DNA of 52,145 bases, taken from Candidatus Methanophagales archaeon. Lineage in GTDB: Archaea > Halobacteriota > Syntropharchaeia > Alkanophagales > Methanospirareceae. This document shows, one piece after another, positions 44,752 to 52,040 of this stretch. Positions within the stretch are counted from its first letter, which is position 1. Every line of letters begins with the position of its first letter. Location of the stretch: NCBI GenBank assembly GCA_030612835.1, contig JAUWND010000001.1, positions 1 through 52,145 of the forward strand. The letters run 5' to 3'. Both the position numbers and the translations under genes were made by a program. Under the pieces are notes generated by a model that saw only the letters and a list, made by a program, of their open reading frames with translations, made no database searches and was not told where the DNA came from.

Positions 44752-45531
44752 ATGGTGAAACTAAAAGTAAAAAATGTGAAGTTCCGCTACACAAGTGTGC
44801 CGATACTCAAGGATGTCTGTATAGAGCTTGACGAATCGGAGATGTTAGGTGTGGTGGGTCCGAATGGATCAGGGAAATCCACTCTGCTGCGATGTATAGA
44901 TAGAATCTTGAGCCCACAGGAGGGATGTATTTTACTTGATGGACAGGATATAAAAAAGATGCACCTGATAGATCTCGCCAAAAAAATGGCCTATATTCCT
45001 CAGAGTACTACGCAGGTATTCCCTGCCACAGTCTTCGATACGGTTCTCATGGGCAGACGACCCCATATCGGCTGGCGAAGTAGCGAAGAAGACATTGAAA
45101 AGGTTTTAGAAACTCTGAAACTGCTTAACCTCGAAGATCTTGCCATGAGTGACATTAAATCGCTTAGCGGCGGTCAACAGCAGAAAATTTTTATCGCGTG
45201 CGCACTCGCGCAAGAGCCTGATGTCCTTTTGCTCGATGAACCTACCTCTAACCTCGACATCAGACATCAACTGGAAGTGCTGGACATCATAAAAAGTATC
45301 GTGGTAGAAAAAGGGATTTCGGCAATTATGGCTATCCACGACCTCAATCTTGCTGCAAGATACACGGACCGGGTAATAATGATGAATGGCGGCCATATTT
45401 ATGCCGCTGGTGTGCCTTCTGCCGTCTTCACGCCCGAAAACATAAATCATGCCTATGGTGTTGAGGTGGAAGTGATCAATCACAATGGAAGACTTTATGT
45501 CCTGCCGATAAGACCCGTTGGTAAAATGTGA
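44752..45531 (+). CDS. ABC ATP-binding protein (BtuD/FepC type)
   Basis: GPNGSGKSTL, LSGGQQQKIFIACAL, LLLDEPTSNLD and AIHDLN. Confidence 0.9.
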   Translation: MVKLKVKNVKFRYTSVPILKDVCIELDESEMLGVVGPNGSGKSTLLRCIDRILSPQEGCILLDGQDIKKMHLIDLAKKMAYIPQSTTQVFPATVFDTVLMGRRPHIGWRSSEEDIEKVLETLKLLNLEDLAMSDIKSLSGGQQQKIFIACALAQEPDVLLLDEPTSNLDIRHQLEVLDIIKSIVVEKGISAIMAIHDLNLAARYTDRVIMMNGGHIYAAGVPSAVFTPENINHAYGVEVEVINHNGRLYVLPIRPVGKM

Positions 45532-45807
45532 AACGATAACAAGACCATACGTTAGGGAACTCACAAATAATACTTTACCAGAACTGTATCTACCTAAATT
45601 TCAGAGTATAAATAATCATTTATTTTTCATGGACACAATTCCTACAAACGGGACCATCTAAGTGATTGTTATTGACATGTAGTCAATAACAAAATTTTCA
45701 AATAAATTCTATTAGCAACATCTATCGGCCATTATACATCCCCAATCTCTTGTGAAAAAGTACAAAAGCATCAAAGCTTTTTATAGTGTAGTCACTAACT
45801 AAGTGAT

Positions 45808-46746
45808 ATGCAACTGAAGGCGGTAAAGGTGAAAGGGCGGGTATATTATTCCATCGTCGAGAGCGTGAGAATAAACGGCAAACCGCGTCATAGATATGTA
45901 AAATACATATGAAGCCGAGATAAACTGATATAAAGCCTGTTACAGGGTGATGAATTGGCAATAAAGGTGGCGGAAATACCTGAAGTTCTGGATTATGTAG
46001 ACGTTGTAGCTCTTTACAAGGCTTGTGAAGTTCTTGAACTCAGGCAGATAATAAATCGGCATGTTTTTAAGGGCGGTGGTGTAGATGTTGGCATACAGGC
46101 TACGAAGTTGAATGCCGAGAACCTGTGCACCGCACTTAACTATTTTTATCCCGATGGGAAAGATAAAGCGGTAGAAATTGAAAAAGAAATCGTTGGGAAG
46201 CTGAAAGAACTCTTTGGGATCAAAATGGATTGTTTGTTTTATGATATCACTTCAACCTACTTTGAGGGAAATGAAACAGATATAACGACCGTTGAAAGAA
46301 CAATATCCCGACTAAAAAAGGAGTTTTCCATCACTGATTGCTTGCTCATATTTGACAGAGGCATGGTGTCAGAAGATAATATAATTAAGCATGTACCGTG
46401 CTAAATTGGCAAGGGGAAATTACAGAGAGATGGACAAAGTTGTTTCAAAGTTAAACAGCCGATTGGACTCAGACAGATAAGGCATTGGCTGGATGGAAGG
46501 GTTAAAGCGCACATATTTATGTGCTATCTTTCATATCTATTGATGAAAACACTTGAACACATGCTCAAAAAGGCTGGATTGACGATGAACGCTGTGAATG
46601 CGCTGAGACAACTGAGTAAGGTGAAGTATGTTGTAGTCACTAATCCCAAAGGAGACATCACAACGTCGAAAATATCCATCCCATCAACTGAACAAAGGCA
46701 AATTATGGATGTGCTGGAGGTGGAGTATATAAAGTCTGAAATTTAG
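45808..46746 (+). pseudogene. IS1634/IS4-family DDE transposase, fragmented with internal deletions
   Basis: The pieces lie in different frames. They are MQLKAVKVKGRVYYSIVESVRINGKPRHRYVKY, LFYDITSTYFEGNETD, LLIFDRGMVSEDNI and RHWLDGRVKAHIFMCYLSYLLMKTLEHML. Total span is about 0.95 kb versus roughly 1.7 kb expected. Confidence 0.65.
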
Positions 46747-46756
46747 GTTCTTTAGG

Positions 46757-46778
46757 AAAGAAAGCTTTACCAAAGAAA
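46757..46778 (-). repeat. R2 repeat copy downstream of the S2P gene
   Basis: The plus strand AAAGAAAGCTTTACCAAAGAAA is the reverse complement of TTTCTTTGGTAAAGCTTTCTTT. Confidence 0.8.
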
Positions 46779-46832
46779 CTGGTTTTTGCTTTTTACAATT
46801 TGCATCTTGCAATTACATTATATTATATTATA

Positions 46833-48941
46833 TTATGTCACCGTAGTTTGCAGCAATACATCGCCTGTTTGCGTGTAGACTATTTCAATGGAATCGCCAG
46901 TATTAAGCGAAAGACGCGAGATCTCCAATTCGTCTCCCATTGCAAACTGCGTATACCTGTTAGGCCCAGGATTCCAGTTAGCATCGCCATTTAATCGTGA
47001 TTTATCAGATAAGGCACATAGCTCCCCATTCTGCCTCACCTCTAAGTAGTTCCAGTCACCAGCAGATTGGCCTCGCCCACCGCCGGTCTCCGGATTACCA
47101 AAAGCATCTGCGATGGTATCGCCGCCGTGGTGGCTGATTCTTAGCGTATCCGAGTTCGCATTAGCACCATTAATAATTAAAACCGAACTTGGCGCCTTTT
47201 GCACACTAACGGCGATGCGATAGGCTAACGTTGCAAGTGCCGCGACAATTAAAACCATAGCAGCAATCAACCCGAAAACACCGATTTCGCGTAGTATATA
47301 GGGGCCTGCTATCAGGACAACAATAGCTGAGAAAATAAGAATGCCAATAGCGTATGTAATTGCCTTTGAAATCATTTCTCGCTTTCTCTTATCCTTTATT
47401 CCTGGCCTTAATATGGAATTCAACATCTCGCGGAATACATAGCCACCATCAAAGGGCACCATAGGCAGACAGTTAAACAGACCAACGTAGAAGTTTATCC
47501 ACCCAATCCAAAATAAGACGTCGGCAATGGCAAAAATACTGCCACCTAAGAATGACGCTGCACCTACCGGCTCGTATAAATGAGATAGAAAAGGGCTAAA
47601 GGTGCTGAAACCATAAGGGAGTGGGCTAAAAGGCATGCCAGTCAACATTAACCAACCTCTTGGTGAAATAAGGGTGCGAGGTGTGCTCCGTAGGTGTTCT
47701 AAGTACCCTTTCGCCGGAAATTCCGCTACACTCATGCCCAAGCGATTATTTGCAACGACAACCCCTAAAAACCCGAATTCGTAATAGGGTGACTTTTCTA
47801 ACTCCACGGAGAATGTCGTAGCGTTTGTTCGCACTTCTATTACTTGACCCGGTACTGTGAGATTCATAAAGTTCTGGAAGTCGTCATACCCATGTATACT
47901 CATATTGTTCATCTTTATTATGCTCATGCCACTTTTTATGCCTGCGTTAGCCGCTGGAAAACCATCTACAACATCTGAAATCCATACCCCTTCTCTTTCA
48001 TGAGCGCCTTCCAATATTATTTCTCTTTCTGCTCCACTTTCATCTAACACTGTTAATATCATCCCGCCAGCCGCTTTTTCCTCTGTCCCATTATTATACG
48101 CCGCTATCGTTCTCGTCGTGGTCCCGTCAACCTTTGTAATCAACATCTCCGGTTTGATCCCTGCTTTATCTGCGGGGCTATCTTTCGCAACCGCATAAAC
48201 AAAAGGGGTATTATCCATAACTGGCTGAATAGAGAATAATATGGCGAGGAAGAGTAGAAAAGCAATGAGGGCCACGACGAAATTGCTCGTCACACCAGCG
48301 GAAAGAATGCGCGTTCTCTCACGAGCAGTGGCCACCCGTTTCTTCTCCTCTTTTACTGGCTTTAGCTTTTTATCATGTTCTAACTCGTTCTTTTTCTGCT
48401 CTTTCTTCTCCTTCTTGCCAAATAATTGCTCGCTGTCCAGCTCTGCGAATGCGCCTATTGGTATCACTGCGACTAAAAGCCCCATTGATTTTACTTTTAT
48501 TCCTTCTACGACACCCAATATCGCATGGGAAAGCTCGTGCACTACTAACGCAATAACAAAGCCTACCCAGGCGCATAGAGGTATAAACTCGTTTAACCCA
48601 GGTAAAAGGAGTACGTTCCGCGGCTCGTGTAACCTCGTTGGTGCGGGCTGCAATGTGAATGTTAGGTAAGCACCAAATGCCACGAGAACGAACATAAATA
48701 CCATGGATATAATCACGAAAATAGTGCCTATATTCGCATAACTACGCCAAAAGCCCTTTCTCAATTCACCTTCTGACAACCGCTCTAATAATCTCTTCCC
48801 TCTTGTCGTCCTTATCATTAGGAGGGGACCAGATGCAGAGATATTAAACCGCTCCAAAATGCCCCGTTTATCCAGAATCATAACAATAAACCAGTAAATT
48901 AGAAATATGTACAGCCCCAATGTCAGATAATACATGTCCAC
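46833..48941 (-). CDS. M50 site-2 protease (RseP-like, two PDZ domains) fused to a C-terminal archaeal pilin-like (DUF1628/Pilin_N-like) domain
   Basis: The zinc site is HELSHAILG. The PDZ blocks are DSPADKAGIKPEMLITKVDG and GFPAANAGIKSGMSIIKMNN. NCLPMVPFDGG is present. After the last TM comes LRISHHGGDTI...LEVRQNGE...MGDELEI...GDSIEIVYTQTGDVL. Confidence 0.8.
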   Translation of the reverse strand: MDMYYLTLGLYIFLIYWFIVMILDKRGILERFNISASGPLLMIRTTRGKRLLERLSEGELRKGFWRSYANIGTIFVIISMVFMFVLVAFGAYLTFTLQPAPTRLHEPRNVLLLPGLNEFIPLCAWVGFVIALVVHELSHAILGVVEGIKVKSMGLLVAVIPIGAFAELDSEQLFGKKEKKEQKKNELEHDKKLKPVKEEKKRVATARERTRILSAGVTSNFVVALIAFLLFLAILFSIQPVMDNTPFVYAVAKDSPADKAGIKPEMLITKVDGTTTRTIAAYNNGTEEKAAGGMILTVLDESGAEREIILEGAHEREGVWISDVVDGFPAANAGIKSGMSIIKMNNMSIHGYDDFQNFMNLTVPGQVIEVRTNATTFSVELEKSPYYEFGFLGVVVANNRLGMSVAEFPAKGYLEHLRSTPRTLISPRGWLMLTGMPFSPLPYGFSTFSPFLSHLYEPVGAASFLGGSIFAIADVLFWIGWINFYVGLFNCLPMVPFDGGYVFREMLNSILRPGIKDKRKREMISKAITYAIGILIFSAIVVLIAGPYILREIGVFGLIAAMVLIVAALATLAYRIAVSVQKAPSSVLIINGANANSDTLRISHHGGDTIADAFGNPETGGGRGQSAGDWNYLEVRQNGELCALSDKSRLNGDANWNPGPNRYTQFAMGDELEISRLSLNTGDSIEIVYTQTGDVLLQTTVT

Positions 48942-48981
48942 TTTTTTTCACACCAACCTAATTTAAACGTTACTAATATAA

Positions 48982-49046
48982 TTTTTCTTTTGGTAAACCT
49001 TTTCTTTCAGAAAGGCCATATTTTTTCTTTGGTAAAGCTTTCTTTG
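48982..49046 (+). repeat. Two adjacent R2 copies upstream of the S2P gene (first degenerate, second exact)
   Basis: TTTTTCTTTTGGTAAACCTTTTCTTTCAGAAAGG is followed by TTTTTTCTTTGGTAAAGCTTTCTTTG. Confidence 0.75.
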
Positions 49047-49067
49047 TATTTGTATAGCTAATCAAAA

Positions 49068-49100
49068 AACCACGAGATTTCACAAGATTAACACAAGATT
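49068..49100 (+). repeat. R1 repeat copy, left arm of an inverted pair upstream of tiaS
   Basis: AACCACGAGATTTCACAAGATTAACACAAGATT. Confidence 0.8.
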
Positions 49101-49163
49101 TTTGGGTTAATAATGAATGGAATAGCCAATAGAGCACTAAAATCTGATTGCAATCATTGTTTT

Positions 49164-49192
49164 CTCGTGAAAATCTGTGTAATCTTGTGGTT
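49164..49192 (-). repeat. R1 repeat copy, right arm of the inverted pair
   Basis: The reverse complement is AACCACAAGATTACACAGATTTTCACGAG. Confidence 0.8.
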
Positions 49193-49238
49193 AGCTAAAC
49201 ATATACCTTTCTTTTATTTTATAAAGAAAGGTTTGTTT

Positions 49239-50534
49239 ATGATTGTAGGAATAGACGATACCGACTCGAGAAGCGGGATGTGCACCACATATCTATGCAC
49301 CGTTTTAGTTGACGAACTCAAAAGCTATGGTGAAGTTTCCACGCCGGTATTAGTACGACTAAATCCATGCATACCATTTAAAACAAGGGGCAACGGCGCA
49401 GTCGCATTTGAAATTCTAATAAAGAATGTTCGAGGGTTAGAGCGAGAAGTGAAAGAAATTGTCAAGGCGCGAGTGACTGAGCTATCCGAGTTAAGAGCAG
49501 AAGGGACAAACCCGGGTGTTGTTTTCATTGATGATAACGCCTCAAATGCAAGTTTCAATGAAAAGTTAAAACACTTTTACGAAACTGCAGTGCGGGAAGT
49601 ACTGAGTATAGAAGATGCTTATGCTATTATCTCGGAATTGCACCTTGATTACTTCGGCTTGAAAAATAAGCGCGGGTTAATCGGCGCTTTAGCTGCTACT
49701 TCGTTTCTTCTTTTACACGCAAAAAAAAGTTACGATTACACTTACGAGCTGATTGTATATCGTCGAAAAGAAAGATGGGGAACCTTACGCTTTATAGGTG
49801 ATGCGAGTGTGTGGGCAGCCGATGAAGCTACTTACCCCTTAGTCTGGGATACCGTAGATGTGGCGAACAAGAAACTAGTTCTTGTACCACATTCGCCATG
49901 TCCCGTCCTTTTTGGTATAAGAGGCGACAGCGTAGATGCTATCTACAAAGCTTACGGGATCATACAAGCCGAGCCGGAGGAGCGGAAGATGCTTTACATT
50001 ACGAATCAAGGCACTGATTTCCACCTGAAGAACACAGAAAAGTTATGGGATTACCACTCTTATATCTTAGACGGCGTGGTGGCTTCCAATCCAAGGACGA
50101 TAGAAGGCGGGCATGTCCTGTTTTCTCTGTCTGTGCAGGGTGGTGATGAAAGTGTTGACTGTATTGCTTACGAGCCGACGAAGGGCTTTCGTGCTATTAT
50201 ACGGGAACTGCGAATCGGTGATGAGGTTACGGTCTACGGGTCTCTAAAGGACGGTACATTAAACCTCGAGAAGATAGAGCTAAGGGAATTGAACCTTGTA
50301 GTGGAGCGGAATCCGAAATGTAATAAGTGCGGGCGGAATATGAAATCTGCGGGACGATCGCAGGGCTACCGCTGTAAACGCTGCGGAACCTTTAATGCGG
50401 TGAAGGACAAGATAATCGTTGAACGGGCGATAGAAATGGGTTTGTATGAAGTGCCTCCGGTTGCAAGAAGGCATATATCCAAACCTTTGGTCCGTATGCG
50501 TATGGGCGATAAGATCATTCATCCGAGTAGATGA
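49239..50534 (+). CDS. tiaS: tRNA(Ile2) 2-agmatinylcytidine synthetase
   Basis: MIVGIDDTDSRSGMCTTYL is the TiaS N-terminal signature, and the C-terminal zinc ribbon is CNKCGRNMKSAGRSQGYRCKRCG. The ATG at 49239 is preferred because the upstream 42 codons run through intergenic repeats. Confidence 0.85.
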   Translation: MIVGIDDTDSRSGMCTTYLCTVLVDELKSYGEVSTPVLVRLNPCIPFKTRGNGAVAFEILIKNVRGLEREVKEIVKARVTELSELRAEGTNPGVVFIDDNASNASFNEKLKHFYETAVREVLSIEDAYAIISELHLDYFGLKNKRGLIGALAATSFLLLHAKKSYDYTYELIVYRRKERWGTLRFIGDASVWAADEATYPLVWDTVDVANKKLVLVPHSPCPVLFGIRGDSVDAIYKAYGIIQAEPEERKMLYITNQGTDFHLKNTEKLWDYHSYILDGVVASNPRTIEGGHVLFSLSVQGGDESVDCIAYEPTKGFRAIIRELRIGDEVTVYGSLKDGTLNLEKIELRELNLVVERNPKCNKCGRNMKSAGRSQGYRCKRCGTFNAVKDKIIVERAIEMGLYEVPPVARRHISKPLVRMRMGDKIIHPSR

Positions 50535-50553
50535 GCTTCAAGAAAATAAATTA

Positions 50554-50585
50554 TTGACACAGATTAACGCAGATTGACACAGATG
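50554..50585 (+). repeat. R1 repeat copy downstream of tiaS
   Basis: TTGACACAGATTAACGCAGATTGACACAGATG. Confidence 0.8.
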
Positions 50586-50620
50586 AAAAGATCAACAATG
50601 TCAAACTTAAATTTAGTTTA

Positions 50621-50650
50621 GTAAATCCGTGTAAATCCGTGTAAATCTGC
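50621..50650 (+). repeat. Tandem decamer (GTAAATCCGT x2 + GTAAATCTGC), an R1-related unit in opposite orientation
   Basis: There are three consecutive 10-nt units. The last unit continues into the shared promoter cassette. Confidence 0.8.
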
Positions 50651-50684
50651 GTCCTAAATTAAACTATGTAGGTAGAAGTTATAC

Positions 50685-50692
50685 TTTATATA
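50685..50692 (+). promoter_or_regulatory. TATA box (TTTATATA) in the second copy of the repeated promoter cassette
   Basis: The same GGTAGAAGT(C/T)ATACTTTATATACAAT string occurs at 41741-41766. The ATG at 50717 lies about 29 nt from the box centre. Confidence 0.5.
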
Positions 50693-50716
50693 CAATAAGA
50701 AAGACAGGGGTTGTTT

Positions 50717-51355
50717 ATGCTTGAAACAATAGGGCGGCTAGTAGTAATTTTTGCAATAGCATTTGTGGTTCTCATAGCAGTAGCTCTTTTATTTTGCGCT
50801 TATACTGTGCATACGAAAAAGATAATATTCCCTAATTTCGTCCTGTTCATAATAAGTTTGCTTTATGAACCTTTACGCAGACTACTGTCGTTCTTTCATG
50901 TTGATCCGGCATTAATAGACGGCGTCTCAGTTGAGATACGAAATGCCCTTAATTATCCCGATTTCGCCTGTACGAACCTGGAAGAGCGAGTTTTAATCCT
51001 GCCTCAGTGCATCAGAAGCACGGAATGTCCTGCGAAATTGAGTTCATTAGACGGTATCCATTGCATAGAATGCGGTAAATGCGCAATTGGCGAACTAAGC
51101 GCTAGTTGTAAAGAGCTTGGCATCAGGATGTACATATCGCCAGGAGGGACCTTCACGGGAAGGATTCTTATGCACGGCCGTCCAAAAGCGGTGATAGGTA
51201 TTGCTTGTTACCCCAATCTGAATGAAGGAATGTTAAATACAAAACTTATTGGTGTGCCATCACAAGGCGTGCCTTTAACAACTCAGGGATGCGTAAATAC
51301 CACCGTAGACTATGAAGCGATAATAAACAAATGCAAAATGCAAATATCAAAATGA
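50717..51355 (+). CDS. DUF116-like membrane protein with Cys-rich C-terminal domain
   Basis: Two N-terminal TM helices are followed by LILPQCIRSTECPAKLSSLDGIHCIECGKCAIGEL...ISPGGTF...AVIGIACYPNL. Confidence 0.5.
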   Translation: MLETIGRLVVIFAIAFVVLIAVALLFCAYTVHTKKIIFPNFVLFIISLLYEPLRRLLSFFHVDPALIDGVSVEIRNALNYPDFACTNLEERVLILPQCIRSTECPAKLSSLDGIHCIECGKCAIGELSASCKELGIRMYISPGGTFTGRILMHGRPKAVIGIACYPNLNEGMLNTKLIGVPSQGVPLTTQGCVNTTVDYEAIINKCKMQISK

Positions 51356-51999
51356 TCAATCTAATATCTTCCTCGACATATGTGTTGATAGGCGAAATTT
51401 TCATAATCTTTGTTATTGCCGTGCTCGTGCTAATTTTAACTGCTGTATGCTTAGCGATATATAAAAGAGGCATATTCCCACGATTTACGCTCTTTGTGCT
51501 CAATCTCTTCTACCAACCCGCCAAGCTATTCCTCGGTTACTTCAATATAAATCATATAATCGTGGACGAAATAGGCATTGCACTGATGAATTCGCTATAC
51601 AAAGAGGCATATGGAAAGACACCAATGGCTAAGCGAATATTGTTCCTGCCCCAGTGCCTTCGCAATCTCGAATGTCCTGCGAAGATATCGCCACAAGAAG
51701 GTGTCATCTGCACAGAATGTGGTAAATGCGGGATTGCGGAAATTAAAAGGCTGTGTGATGAACAGGGCGTTGATATTTGTATCGCACCAGGCGGTGAATT
51801 TGTTAAGCGAGCAACAAGAGATAAAAAGCCGTTGGCTGCAATCGGTGTTGCATGTCAACATGACCTTTACGAAACAATGCGATATGTTACATCGAAGGGT
51901 GTGCCAATGATAGGTGTGGTGCTTTCAAAGAGCGGTTGTGTGATGACGGAAGTGGATTGGGCGGAAGTGAAAGAGAATCTATTTTATAGAGGGAATTAG
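51352..51999 (+). CDS. DUF116-like membrane protein, tandem paralogue (ATGA-coupled to the previous gene)
   Basis: LFLPQCLRNLECPAKISPQEGVICTECGKCGIAEI...IAPGGEF...AAIGVACQHDL. The ATG at 51352 overlaps the TGA at 51353-51355. Confidence 0.5.
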   Translation: MINLISSSTYVLIGEIFIIFVIAVLVLILTAVCLAIYKRGIFPRFTLFVLNLFYQPAKLFLGYFNINHIIVDEIGIALMNSLYKEAYGKTPMAKRILFLPQCLRNLECPAKISPQEGVICTECGKCGIAEIKRLCDEQGVDICIAPGGEFVKRATRDKKPLAAIGVACQHDLYETMRYVTSKGVPMIGVVLSKSGCVMTEVDWAEVKENLFYRGN

Positions 52000-52040
52000 C
52001 TATAACAGGGATTTCCACGAGAAAATTTATGTTACATCAT

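Larger units (their letters stand above)
50539..50696 (+). repeat. Mosaic intergenic cassette, copy Y (between tiaS and DUF116)
   Basis: See copy X. The middle modules differ. Confidence 0.8.

Noticed and set aside
49113-49238. 42-codon N-terminal extension of TiaS in the ORF track.
   Set aside because: The extension reads through the R1 inverted pair and an R2 hairpin. The conserved TiaS N-terminus (MIVGIDDTDS) starts at the ATG at 49239.
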